From assembly GCA_050273025.1 (NCBI GenBank), contig CP158635.1, positions 10,912,001 through 10,976,000 on the forward strand: a stretch of DNA of 64,000 nt. Direction: 5' to 3'. This stretch comes from Cenococcum geophilum (taxonomy: Eukaryota). The notes under the pieces are model-generated. The model was not told the DNA's origin. It ran no database searches and worked only from the letters and a program-made list of their open reading frames with translations. Both the position numbers and the translations under genes were made by a program. This document shows positions 26,400 to 40,111 of this stretch, piece by piece. Every line of letters begins with the position of its first letter. The first letter of the stretch is position 1.

Positions 26400-27770
26400 G
26401 CCTTTCTACTCCTAATTTCCGGCTTCGTACTAATATTCTTCTCACGACACTAAATAACAGGGCGTTTATTAGCTTTCTTAGGTGGTCTCTTAGTAAATAT
26501 ATTATTAGGTATAACTTTTACTACTTCTACCTAGATAGTGAGAAAATATAAAAGGTTAAAAGTATTATAGCTCTTATGCGCTACAATTATTCTTATACTA
26601 TATTCTAGCATTTACTTTATATTTATTAATACACATCTATTCCTTTTAGTAAGCTACTATAGTAACGCTCTAGTGACCTTCACTAATACGAATAGGGACA
26701 CTTTCTTATGGAATGTGTTACAAACATTGCCGTCATTTTGCTACAAGCTTAGTCGCTTTATATTAAATACTAATAGCATAACGCGACATCTTACGACATA
26801 CCTATTAGCCCTAGTGACTCGGAGAAAGCTATACGGAGATATTCGAACCCTAAGTACCCCGACCGACCTATTAGCCCCAATGACTTAGAGGAAGCCACGA
26901 TATTAAATCCTAAATCCTCCTATACTAAAACTGATCATAGAAGAAATAGGTTAGTTCTTAGTTATCTTAGTTACTTCTTAGGCTAATACCAGCTTAGTAG
27001 TTTTAAAATTTACGTTAGCTATTCCATTAGTATAACCTATAAAGCGCGAAGAGAAGGCAAGACCTTTCTATTTAAGAATTTCAAAGCTATAGATAATCCC
27101 CTACTAGATAAGGGCCTTTAATCTAAGGTATATGGCCTATAGTAGGATTATATCTTTCCACCTAAGAAGGTCAAAGCCATGGATGACTTCCTACTGGATA
27201 AGGTTTTCCTCGGAGATGATCGCCATATACTTTAGTTATGCCTTAAACATATATGTCTTAAGCAAGAGTGGGAAGACTTTATATCTTAGATACTAGAGCT
27301 TAGCGACTTAAAGAGGGAGGCTATAGAAAAGCTAAGGCTGTAAGAGGTACATATAAGGAACTATTAAGTTATTTAGGAGGAATTTTCTTCCTAGGTAGCA
27401 GCTATACATAGACTTTATTAAAGCTTAAAGCCTCTTACTGCTTTTAAACTTCCTTAGAAAACTCGGCTAAGGTGCGGCTCCTCCTTTAAAGGCATGTAGT
27501 ATTATCTAAAATTGCCTTATATGGCTAAGGTTAAGATGCACTCTATTAAAGCTACTAAACGCGTCTTTAGCTCTATGCCTCATCACATAAAACCAGACTG
27601 TGGTTTTTATTTATTTTTAGGAGGGAAGGCCTTATATAGAGTCTCTTATTATTGCATAAAACTTTTATACTAGAAGTATACCAAATTTTTAAGGGCTAGG
27701 AGTGGGGGATACGCTAGCGCTCTACGACTTGGCTAATTACTCCTAGTTATGCAACAAAGCCTTAATAAGT
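26400..27770 (+). pseudogene. RIP-degraded unknown gene(s)
   Basis: Protein-like frame with RIP stops (KVKAMDDFLLDKVFLGDDRHILLVMP...); ends uncertain. Confidence 0.3.
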
Positions 27771-27991
27771 GACGGTCTAAATATCTATAGGTTTCATTAT
27801 AGATAGGTAACTAGGGTAATTAGGGGAATATGCACCTAAGCACGAGCTAGAGTATAGCGCATTTACTTTACCCCTCTTAAATAGTTAGACTTTTATATTT
27901 TAAAGTCTAAGCCGCGATCTATAGGGTAAACTACTAATCTAAAAAAGCCCTAAACACTACTTACTCTCTTACTCGTTAATCTAAAACGTGC

Positions 27992-28240
27992 TAGCTCCTA
28001 TGTATTAACTAGCACTAAAACTAAGCCCCTATATATAGCCCTATACCTTAAGCCTATTACTTAGCTTAGAGTTAGGAGGATATTAGTATAATCTAGCACT
28101 CTAGGGCTTGCCAGCTCAGCTACTAAAACGCCTCTATATCTATAGTGGCCCACTAATGGATTTTTTTTACAGGTAATTAGTATTCCGTTCTTGCTTTCTA
28201 GGTTAATTAGCGCCTCCGATTTTGGGCCTATATATACTTT
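27992..28240 (+). repeat. ~250-bp dispersed repeat, copy 2 (copy 1 at 721-967)
   Basis: Direct colinear similarity to 721-967. Confidence 0.85.
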
Positions 28241-28299
28241 TACTGCTTCTAAACAATTAGGGTTAAACTATATTACAGTTAGCCCTCTACTAACCTTTA

Positions 28300-29250
28300 C
28301 TACGTATAACTATATATCCGCATTAAGTTACTAACGCTGCCTTTTAATGTATTTAGCGTACCGGGTTCGGACCTATATATACCCTCGTTATTCTAGTAAG
28401 ATATTGGCTATATATAGCATACTCAACCTTTAACCGGTCTTTGATATACATATAGCATAGTATATACTATTGTTTTATCGGCTAATGCATTAATAAACCA
28501 CTAAGTCCAGACCTCTAGAGCCGACATTCTTGTTACTTACCATATTATATCTTCCTAGGGAGGTTCCCAATCCTAAGGATACTCTTATAGCTACTTTTAC
28601 AACTCTTAAAGCCGCCCCCATAGCGGTGAGATTTCAAGTCCTTGCCGCTAACTTTGACAAAAGCGTTCGTATAACCAATAGCAATTACTCTATACTTGTT
28701 TATATTGCAATGCCTCTTAATAACCGCACTATGTTAAGTTTAGAGATCCTTCGTAATACGATTTACGAAGAAGGTGTTAAGTACGCAGTTAGTGCGTATA
28801 ATATTTCCGGTAAAGCCTATAAGAAGCTTCCTAATAGACTTACGGTTCTACGCTACTGTTTAAGTATATATCCTTTAATAATATAATTTTCTGGACTAAT
28901 TGCAATGTAGAGCAAGAGGCGAAATTTAAAAGAGAAGCCTTTAAATAAGCACTTAAGGAATATATGGCAGAGCAACAGAATAAAGGATAGATTATATAGA
29001 TAGCTAAAAAGCTTAGGCTATAGGGGTAGGTAAGCCAACTCACTCGCTACCAAATTAAGGGTGCTATATATTAGAGGCTATAGAAATACTACTATCTAAT
29101 TATATGAAGGAATGTTTTATAGGTGCACGGGAATAATTAGAAAATTTTATATAAACTATTAAGGAATATAGAGTCCTATAAAACATTTTCGTCGTTATAT
29201 TTTTAAGACAAAGTTTAGAATAAATAAGACTTAGTATAGCTTAGACGGAG
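28300..29250 (+). pseudogene. RIP-degraded unknown gene
   Basis: Residual 118-aa open frame 28530-28886 that continues through RIP-type stops. Confidence 0.35.
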
Positions 29251-29388
29251 GACCTAGGGTTAGTATATCTGCTATAAAGACTAATCTCGTCCAAGAATAG
29301 CGTCTAAAATCTAGGGTAAATAATAGATTAGTTAGCCAGACACCGGGATTTTGCCACCCCTTTAAAGCCCTTTACTACTTCAACACTT

Positions 29389-30130
29389 ATAGACCTTATC
29401 GTAGTACCACCCCCTAGCTGCAGCTGTAAGAATCTTATCGGCTAGGGAATTTTAGGCACTGTGTATTATAATAAACTTTAAAACAAGGTTATTAAAGCTC
29501 CAAATAACGCGAATTCTTAACACTTTATTAAAGTTAAAAAGGAGATCTATAAGAGACTTGGTTAATATAATGGACTCTTATAATACTATAGCAGCGAACT
29601 TTTCTAAAAGGATAACCGTACGGTAATACGTCTAGAACGCGCTCTAAACGGCCAGCTTTATGGGTTTCTTTAGGACAGAAGCAATAATATCAATCAAATT
29701 TTATAAATATGTTAGATTTTATAGCTTACAGATATTCTTAAATATATTCACTCTAGATATGTTATATATAGTGATATTTCATACTATAACATTCTCTTAG
29801 ATAAACATTTAAACGCAAAGCTAATCGACTTCGCTAGTTTATTAATTAATAGGTCTCCTCTTCTTATTTTATACTCTATTTAAGCCCAAGCTTTATATCT
29901 AAGCACGCCTTAGAAGGACAAAATTTTTGCCTTTAGATCGGCTTGTTATTATATCTTAATGCGTTATATTGCCTTTTATAAGCTTTCTAACGATAATATA
30001 GAAGATCGTTATAAATAAGGAATATTTCCCGAATTAAAGTCCCTAGGGGCCTTTAGAGTCATTATTAGAGGCTGTTAGAACGGCAAATATAACTATATAA
30101 ATAACATTATTAAAGAAATGGATAAGTAAG
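29389..30130 (+). pseudogene. Atypical Ser/Thr protein-kinase-like gene, RIP-degraded
   Basis: Gly loop LIG(W)GIxGTVY, VIKAP, EIYKRLG, NILLDKHLNAKLIDFAS, IIRGC(W)NG; ATG changed to ATA at 29389. Confidence 0.8.
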
Positions 30131-30949
30131 GTATATTTATAAAACTAGGAATTTTAACTATCTAAACTTATTCGCAGGTTTACGGAATCTATCCCTAGTA
30201 ACGACGCCGCGGCATTTCCTCCACACTCTTAAGGCTTTCCTTTTAACGTTTATAAAATCTCGTCTTTAGCTTAAAAATCTAAAGGCTTCTCTGTTTAGAT
30301 TTATACTTTACCTATTTCTTAGGCGTTATTAGCGTTAACAAAGGTAAGTTTTGTGCTTTATAAGTCTATTAGTCTTACTATCCTTATATACAGTGTAATA
30401 TACTAACCATCCTTTATTTAGGACATATTAGACAATCTCTAGTTACTAGCAAGCTCCTAAACTGCGCCGTATTTTATATTACGGGTGTTAGGTTAGGATA
30501 CGCTTACCCACCTTATATAATGGCACTAGGGTAGGGGACGATGCGATTTATCTTTAAGGAATATCTTAGTCTCTTCTAGCACTTTTTATATTAGACGGTA
30601 ATCTTAGTAGATTAGCATATCTTAAGTATAGAGAAGTTTATAATTTAACGAATTCTTAAGTATATTAATGGTAAAAGAGAGGATTTATAATATAAATAAA
30701 TAGGTACTATAATACCTAGTAATATAACAAGTCTTACAACTTATAAGGCTCCGTTTTGATTAAATATACATAACATAGATAAGTTAGCAGCGAAATTTAG
30801 ATGAAAACGGCTGTATATAGCAATACCGCCTTAAGAAAATGCACTTAAACAATTGGACTACTAAATGCAAACCCCGGCTTCCTATTTCTATAGGACTAAC
30901 CAAAATATAAGAATACGCCCAAGCTACTAGCCCCGTCTCTTCTATACGG

Positions 30950-32150
30950 CAACCCTGCCCTTTACTTTTGCAACTTTAGAAAAAGAGTGCACCTATAACA
31001 ATCTAGCTTTAGCTTACTAAATGCGTCTTTAGTAAGACTTAAGGACATCGTTAGAATTTAAAAGCCCGCTCTTATAAACCTAGGTAGGCTTCCAAGCCAC
31101 CTTATATTTGCGCCCTAACTTAATTATTTTTTCCCCTAAAATATCATTAATCTCCCATTCATCATCCAAGCTTACTTTGTTAATTTTGTCTTTTTTAGTC
31201 TAGGTACAACGCTTCACAGCAGGCTCTAGGTTTAAAACGTCGCTCCAGTTATTAGCGACGCCGCCGCTATTACCGTCCTTGTCCTCATTATAAGTACGAT
31301 TACTAGCCTTATTATACGGCGGTTTAATGCTATAAAAAAGGGTAGGCTCCTAAAGTAAAGGGCTAGCAGGACGCGGAGTGGATACCGCTTACTAGTTAAC
31401 TTGCGGGTATTAAGAGTTAAGGTTAGGGATAGGGGGGCTAGAAGATAAGTCTTTGCGATAGGCGGGTGGCCTTTATTACTTCTAGGGACGTAGACTATTA
31501 CCACCCTTACTACCCCTACTACTCTCTTTAGTAGGGTTATTAGAATTATAATTAGTAATATTATCCTACTTAAGCTTCCGCTTCCTTAGTATAAAGGATA
31601 ATTCGCCTTCTATATTCCCTTTCTTATAATTACCTTCCTCCCTAATAAGCGGATTGTCTATATTATGGTTATTAGGTTATAGTAACAATATTTTTAATAT
31701 CTATAACCTACCAATATTATCTATATTATTGGCTATTAAGGAGTCTTAGTTAGTTACTATATAGGTCTCTAACTTTTATATAGCCTAGGGGACAGTCGCA
31801 ATATTAATTCCCTTAGCTAGGCTATCTATTTCATTAACGTCTTCTGCTATAGGTTTGAGATAGTTATATATAGATACGCTAAAGAGATCTTCCAGCTCCT
31901 CTAAAGAAGGTAACTCCTTATCCTTATTGTCTTTATTGCCGCGGTTATTTCTACTATCTAATAATTGTTAAGTAAGGCCGTTATATAGGGGGGAAGTATA
32001 TACCTAACCTATAAGGTGCTAGTTAATCGCCGACTTTATTAGCTTTATTGCCAGTATTACTAGCTCTATCCCCTTTAGCTTCAGGTTCCAAGTCTAGGTC
32101 GGCTATATTATCTTTAATAAATATTGGATTCGCTGCTAACCGTTAGACAT
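30950..32150 (-). pseudogene. Low-complexity protein with C-terminal chromodomain-like module, RIP-degraded
   Basis: ATG at 32150; C-terminal DDEWEINDILGEK..GRKYKVAWKPT(W)VYKSGLLN at about 31040-31165 fits the chromo-fold aromatic pattern; no integrase upstream. Confidence 0.6.
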
Positions 32151-32799
32151 ATTTATAGTTATTAAAAAAAGAAGGAGGGGATAATTACTAAATTACCTTA
32201 ATTACTTCCTCTAGCGTCTTGGCTGTTACTTATATTCTTATAAATATCTTTATACTTATTAAAAGCCTTAGGATCTGCGGGTGCCTTATTAGGTAGAATA
32301 TTTAAAAAAGGTAATATAAAATAACTTGCCTAAGTGTAACTAGGCCAAATATTTTATAGGATTATCTCTTAAAGGGAAGCGAGGTACTCTCCCCTTTTTT
32401 GTCCTCTTTTTAAGTATGTTACTTATATTTGCCTTAAAAGCCGTAATTATATAATACTAAGAAGCCTTCGGTTTTTTAGGGGGTGTAGTATAAAAATTAA
32501 TATTATTAAGTAAAATTTATAAATTAAAATAAAGGGGTTAAGAAGATGCCACCGTTACTACCGCTATTATTATTAGAATTATTATTGCCTTATGCCTTTC
32601 CAATAGCCCTAAAGAACGGGTTACGCTAGGCTTTTAAGTCTATGCTAGTCCCCTCTTTACCACTAGCTTATATCCGCAGCATCTATATTAAAATAACCCT
32701 ACTAACTTAATAGCGAATTAAAACGTGTAATCTACACTCTATTAGTAATTACTATTTATAATATATAAAGGTATATACGGGCTTAAACTCTATTATAAG

Positions 32800-33900
32800 A
32801 TTAACACCTATTAGGAAACTGCAATTAAGACCCAACTAATTAACCTAGCACATTCAGCCTCTAACAGGGGCATCGCACCAAGCCTCCTTATTAAGGAGGT
32901 TGGTAGCAAAATGCCTCTGCCCTTATTCCTTAGAGTTAGAGCTAGTGCTAACATATCTGTTTTCTAACCCGATTTTTCTAACCCAATTATACTAGTAAAC
33001 TAGATCTTCTATACTAGATCCTCTGCGAGACTATAGTTCCTAGGGTTAGATAGGTAGGGGGCGTGCTATAATTCTGCTGTAAGTATTAAAAGACACTCTG
33101 AGTAATAAGGGTATCCTTAAATCTCTCCCCTAGATCCGAGGAACTTCTTTAGTTATACTCTACCCTTACCTATAGCCGGATGTCACAAACAACATAAGGG
33201 GGCAGATAGCGTAAGTAGATCAGGCGATTATACCTATATCCATCTCACTACGCCCTTTTAGCTAATGCAGCTACCGTATAAAGTCCGTCTCTATTAGGAG
33301 GTTAAATACGCGAATTTTTCTCTAGTATTTATCAGCTAAGAGTAAGATTATAACACCAGCTTCACTAAAAGCCAGGCTATGCTACTAAATAGGCCGTTTA
33401 CCCTTAGATTCTACCTTATAAGTCTTAGGTCTATATAAAGGATATTTCTATATAACCTATACCTCCTTAACTAAATAGGGGGCTGGATTAGACTAAAGCC
33501 CGGCGGCTTCTCTAATTATAATATAATCCTCTAATTGTTAGGGAAGGGTAAGGTTTAGGTCTAGGTTAAGAAGGCGCTAAGGAGGGTAAGGGCTTCTAGC
33601 TTTTAGCGGCGCAGCTTTAACTAAGCTAAGTGACTAGTATTAGCCTATAGTTTCGCTAAGGACCCACTTCGGCGTCCGGCTTTGCCTTTATTATAATGCT
33701 GCAATGCGACACTACCTAACGCGTCCCGCAGCTCGCAGTAGCTATAACCCGTATAATCTATTGCTAGGCGGTTCTCGGCATGGCTATTTATAGCTATTCC
33801 GATAAGGATTAAGTTGTATATTATAGTTACGTCCGAGACACTACTAGAGGTAAAGGTAAAGAAGAGGATAAACGGAAATGTTATTCCGGTACACTAATTA
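32800..33900 (-). pseudogene. RIP-degraded unknown gene
   Basis: GC-richer protein-like stretch with a CT-rich promoter-like region upstream (33900-34250 on the minus strand). Confidence 0.25.
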
Positions 33901-34299
33901 GTAGGAGACGTAGGGAGAAAAAGAGAGAGGAGAGAAGAAAGAAGGAATATAGTAGAACCGAAGCATACGTTAACACTAGGAGAGAGTATAAATATATCCT
34001 ATAGAAAGGGCCGAAGAGTTACAGCGCTAGGTAATCGTTAGTATAAAACATATAGAGATTAGGGAAGACGGGCAGAGCACCTACATAGACGCTAAGGGGA
34101 TAGAAAATGCCTTATAGCTAACAGCTAGAGTCTAAGGTAGCATAGTAGCGGGAAAGAAAAGAGGAGATAGAGCATAAGGGCAAAAGTAGCAAGGGAGAAG
34201 GCCTTTTATAGTTAAGGTTAAGGTTAGGTCTTAGCCAAACTAGGGTAAGGAAGCGAGCGCGCCTTGCCCATAAAGGAACCTCCATTTCCTGATACGTGG

Positions 34300-37200
34300 T
34301 CTCCATCTTATTTTTTACTTTTTAATTTTTATATATATCTGCTTATGGATCTTCTAGCTATACCTCTAGAATTCTTTATACCTAAAAGCTTTTTGGTAAT
34401 TTGTAAACTCTATCTAGTTCCTTTTAAGTTATTATAATTTTTAGATAATTATACCTAATTAATCCGTCTATATCTTTTCATAGTAAAGCCCCTAATGGCT
34501 TTTTATTATTTTGTAGTTTAGCCTTATGACTTAGAGTATCTGCTTATATATTATCTGTACCCTTAATATACTAAATCTTAAAATGGTATTCTATAAGTAT
34601 CTCTGCCTATCTAACCTATCTTTAGTTAAGTTCCCTTATTATTAGGAACCCTATTAGGTTCTTATAATCTGTCTTAACTATAAATAGTTTCTCTATACCT
34701 TATAAGAATACTTTCTATTTTTTTAATACTATAACTATACTTAATAACTCCTTATTATAGATATTATAGTTTAACTCTAGTAGTGTTATTTTCCAACTAT
34801 AATATATTACTAGGTGCTATTTATCCTAATATTTCTATATAAAGTATGCCCCTAGTATATAGTCTAATATATCCGTTTTTATAACCGTCTTTAGACCTAG
34901 TTAATAGATTTTAAGAACTGGCTCCTAGGTAAATAACTCCTTAACTTTCTTAAAGAGTTCTTTCTATTCCTCTCCCTATGCCTATAGTTCTTCTTTCTTT
35001 ATTAATTACGTAAATAGCTTAATATCCTTTAACTACTGCGCTATAAACCTTCTATAGTAATTATAAAACCCTAGGAATAATTTTAACTGCGTAACGTTCT
35101 CTAGTTCTTATTAATTCACTATAGCCTTAATCTTCTTTAGATCTATGCTAAGTTAGCCTAGTTTAATAATAAATTTAATAAAATTAGTCTTCCTAGTAAA
35201 GAACTTGTATTTCTTAATTACTACTAGTATTTATTTTTCTTATAGTCTCTTTAAGACCTATTTAACGTGTTCCCTATGTTCTTCCTTAGTTATTAAGTAG
35301 ATAATAATATTATTAAGGTATACTATAACAAACTTATCTAAGTGTTCTCCTAATATATTATTAATACGCTTTTAGAACGTTGCTAGTACATTTATAAGCC
35401 TAAATTGTATAACTAATGGCTTATATAGTCCTTCCTTTAACCTAAAGGCTGCCTTTTATTTGTTACCTTCCTTAATTCTAATCTAATAGTACGCCTATCT
35501 TAGATCTATCTTCGTAAAGATTTACGCGTTGCCTATTCTATCTTAGATTTCGCTAATTAAGGGTAAAGGATACCTATCCTTTCTAGTAATACTGTTTAAC
35601 TATCTATAGTTAATATACAGCCTTAGTTTGCTATTCTTTTTTGGTATAAATAGTACTGGATATCCTGCTAATAACTGCGATGGTCTAATATATCCCTTTT
35701 ATAGGTTTTCCTAGATAAACTCTTTTAGTACTCTACCTTCTTCTTCGGTAAGCTTATAGATTAGAAAGAATCTTAGACTTATTCCTAGTTCTAATTCTAT
35801 CTTATAGTCCTATACTATATATTCTAACAGCTTTTTACTTTCCGGTAACTATAGTTTCTTACCATACTTATGGTATCTTTTTGGTACGTAACTTAATCCT
35901 TTTTCTATCTCCTTATAGGTTGCTTTTACTTAGTACTATACTAACTTAGCTTATTATCGTTGCTTGCGGCGTTAAGTATCCCTAATATTAACCTAACCTA
36001 TAATCTAATCGATCCTTAGATTATATTCCTATAACTAAGGTATTCTTAATACTGCCTTATTTTATCCTAATAGTAGGATATTAAAAGATATTTTAATTTA
36101 TCTTCCTTTAATAGTTATCTAAATAGGTCCTGTTTTAAGATTAATAATCCCTCCTCTATAGGTTATTAGATCTCCTAAAATTATAACTAATAGATAAGGT
36201 TGTTCCTTCTGTCTATAAGGTAATCCCATTCTCTTAACTACTGCTAGTAAGATATAGTTTCGCGTTACTCTACTATCTATTAGCGCTTTAAACTGCTAAT
36301 CTTGCTATTTAACTTATAAATTTAGGTATCGTCTTTAAATTCCTTTAAGGGTTTAAGGCTTTACTACTAGCTCCCTTTAGTTCTATAGGCCTCTACTTTT
36401 CCTAACTATTAGCTGCTTAATCCTTATATACTTAGCTCGCTCTTCGGCTAATACCTAGTTTGCTTTTTATCTTTAATATACTATAAATATATATTTTCTA
36501 GGTATTTCTACTACTGTTATTCGTCTAAGTATTTTTCTATAAGGAATCTTTCTAGTTAAAGTACTAAACTTCCTTTCTCTTAGACTTCTGCTGGATGCCA
36601 ACTATATATATATTTGGCGTTTCTATATTATTACTTATCCGACATCTAATATATCCTTATAGGGTATTTCCGATTTTTTTTCTTTTAAATTCTTATATAT
36701 TTCGTATAACGTAAGTGATAGAGTTATGACGGCGATAGGGTTATGACGGTCGGCTACTACCGCCTTCCTGATGTAGATGGAACACTAAAATACTGCCGAA
36801 ATACCGCCAAAATGCCTTAGAAGTAGCCGTTGGGTTGTGTACGATATGACGGCGTATATGACCCGACGGCGTGCACGACCCAACGGCTACTTCTGAGGCA
36901 TTTTGGCAGTATTTTGGTGTTCCATCTACATTAGGAAGGCGGTAGTAGCCGACCGTTATAACCCTATCGCCGTTATAACTCTGTTACTTACGTTATATCG
37001 TCTACGCACGCGATCTATAATAACGTGTAGTATGCTAGGTGCTTTAGGTTAACTCTTAATTTGTCTTTATTTTTAAGTTTAAACCTTTATCGTATTAATC
37101 TAAACGTTATAACTTTATTTGCGGGTACTAAGATGCGCCTTTTACTTCTCTAGTCCTCTAAACACTCCTTTAGATCCTTTAACGTTATTATTAAGGCTCC

Positions 37201-40111
37201 TTTAATATATGTTATAGCCTTTTCTATAATTAGGTAGTCCTAGATAACTTGTTTATCCAACTATATATAGAAATTTTCCTACTTATTATTATGCCTTTGC
37301 CTATACCACTTTTAGTATAGCTGCTAGAGTATATACGGCTTATCCGTAAGGAAGTATCTTCTTATTACTGCGTTATAATAGCCTTTTATGTGTCGTTTCT
37401 TAAACCTAGTAGGGATCCCTAAATCCTCTTCGTTTTCTAGTTTAGTAAGCTACTTAGCTCTTAGTGTGCCTGCCCTAGGCCTATTAGTGATTTTTTATAC
37501 TAGTGCTCTGTCCTTTATACGTCCTAATATGCTAAATCTCTTATCTAGTTTCTATTCTTACTATGCGATAATTCTCTGTCTAAATTCTTCTATAGTTTCT
37601 TTTGGTTTGCGTCTCGCGCTTAGATCCTTAAAGTCTTTATACTTCTTAATCTTGGTATTAGCATTTCGATCTTTAGTCCGAATACTATATTCTACTAGTA
37701 AGTCCTTTAGGTCTATGTATTTGTCTTCTAGTCTAATTACTGTTTATGCCGCAGATTCTTTAATCTATAAAGAAGCCTCTTACCTCTTATTTATGGGTGT
37801 CCTTATTTATACTCCAAATTCTTAACCCCTTTGGATTTTCAATCCTAAGCTTGCTTCTGTTTTAAGCCTTACTTCAGCCTTAGTTTAACTAGGCTTACTT
37901 AGTATTCTTATCTTGTTTTAAGAGTCTTAAATCTTACTTATCTCGTCCTAAGAGTCTTGTGCCTATAGGAAACTTCGTCCTAAGCTTATTCGTATATTAC
38001 TAAACTAAGCCATTGCTTTACTCTATTGGTTATCATCTATTATAGGTCCTTAAGCTTGCCTTATCTTGTTTTAAGAATCTTAGTCGTCTCTTATCTTATC
38101 TTAAGAATCTTAAGCCTTTAGCCTTTTGCCTTTATTAAGTACTAAAGTGGCTCGCTGTTCTACTTCTCTTACGTCTTATAAAGCGATAGATATTATATCT
38201 AGTAGGGTCTTAATCCCTACTAATGTTCCCTATTCTGTAGTGGAATTATCCTCTACCTCTAGTATAATATCTCTAAGGTCTACGTGCCTTTAGTAAGCCG
38301 CCTTTGTTACCTTATTGTTATAAAATATTTTACCTATATTGAAATTATCGTCCTTAATGTCCGATCTGCGAACTGGTTTATTAGTTCCTTTATATCCTAT
38401 AGGTGCTAGCTCCTATAGCTAATAGCTTACACTATACTTAGCGTCTTTATAAATTTGGTATACGTTATTATAATAAAACGCAAAACTTTTAATTAAACAT
38501 TCTTTTGTTCCTTATAGTATATTATTATCCCTCTATATATATATGTCGTTTACTAGTCTTATGCCCTTTACTATATAGTGACTTTATCTACTTCTATAGT
38601 CTCTAATATAATAACCCTATTTTCCATAATTTATATAAGCTCCTTTTTTAAACTATTTTTCTTACTATAGAGTCTACCTAAATGTCTTCTGCTACTAAGA
38701 TTTCTAATTTAGCCTCTGCTCCTTAGACCTTTAATTACTTAATTTTTATCCTTTAGATTTCCACGGTTTCTTACTCTATCTCTTATAGGCTTCTTTAGTA
38801 CCACTAAGGTCTATTAGCTCTGCGCCATACTATGGTTTTTAACTTAGCTTTAGTCGTTACGTACTCTGCGCCTTATATAACTATAGAACTCTATCCTAGC
38901 CCTTCTTAGCCTATTTCCTTTAGTAGATTTAATGGTTAATCTTAATCGCCTAATTTATTAGTTCCCGTAGGGTATCCGCATCTTCTATTAGGATAATTAT
39001 ATTCTAGACTTTAGCCTTAAGTCCCTGTTTATACTATGCTATAAGCGCCCTATTATTCTACTTTACTTATATTGCTAATGTCTGGAACTGCGTTATATAC
39101 TTAATTGCTAAGGTTTGTTACGTAATGTCTTAGAGTTTTCTTTCTACTGTGGTTGTTACCTTTAGGTCTCTAAATATTTATATAAGTTGTTCTATAAATC
39201 TATTTTAGCTTAAGAATATAAATTGTACCTCTTAGTTGGTGGTTATTATACCGTTCGCTTGTATCTCTATAAGGTAAGGCTTAAACCACTTAAGTGCCCT
39301 TTCTGTTAAGAATAGTCCTGTATAGGCTATTTAATCTATAGGTGTTGCTAGCTTTGCTCCTTCCTATACTACCTTAAAGTATATTTATATAAGGAATCCT
39401 TTAAGCTTTAATCTCTCTCCTAAGTACCTTTTAATTGATGGTAACTTAACCTTTGCTGCGCCTATCCTATTAATCCTATTTTCTAACGTTATATTATTTT
39501 CTGTTAACTGGTTAACTATCTCTTATAGTTATCCGACCGTTATAGGTTGCTATAAGTTAGTATTTGCTATACTAGTGTCGTTACCTAACCTTAAAGTAAT
39601 TGCCGCTGTTAATGGCGTTGTGGCTAGTGCTTTTGGTGGCATATTGTTTAACTTTCTATATTAATACTATAACTAGGTAGTAATTGTGTAACGGAACCTT
39701 ATAGTAAGAACTACGGTGGGTCCTGTTATTAGGCTAGGTATATAGGTAATATAAATATAGAAGTTAACAACGTAATAATAACTGGTGGAGTGGTTGCCTA
39801 ACAGATTAACTCTAATTGTATTCTAAGAATTACTATAAGGAAGGAACTATCTAGGTAGGAACTGAGGGTCCTTAAATACACAACCGTACTCCTATAAAAT
39901 CCTTCTTATATATAATATACGTCTTATATATAAGGTACGTGAGTTCCTTTTATTCCTCTTGTTTAATATATAGCATGTTATATACCTTAGTTACTATTCC
40001 TCGTTATATAGTTTTATCGGCTCTATTCTGGACTGTGCCTAAATTAACTAACTAGCTTCTTCCGTCTTTTCTCTAAGTAGTTATAATATTATACTTAAAG
40101 CGTCCGTAACA
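34300..40111 (-). mobile_element. Gypsy LTR retrotransposon 2a: 5' LTR, gag, protease, RT, RNase H; 3'-truncated (no integrase core or 3' LTR seen)
   Basis: LTR 39687-40111 (TGTAAC...GTAACA); RT motif VYLNN(DD)IIIY about 35300-35330; RNase H about 34500-34900; heavy RIP. Confidence 0.88.
36709..36993. mobile_element. Fold-back MITE (pogo/Fot1-type ACGT ends) nested in Gypsy 2a
   Basis: TA|ACGT...ACGT|TA; nearly the whole 285 bp is an inverted repeat. Confidence 0.9.

Noticed and set aside
1..33900. Endogenous giant virus
   Set aside because: Spliceosomal introns and fungal kinase families are present and no viral hallmark gene was recognised; not fully excluded for the unknown ORFs.
4006..37825. 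Short ORF-track calls in the AT-rich region as functional genes
   Set aside because: They are residual or off-frame fragments of RIP-degraded sequences, rich in I/L/Y/K.
39670..39860. Self-priming PBS for Gypsy 2
   Set aside because: Only a 9-bp match with one mismatch in RIP-biased sequence; too weak to call.
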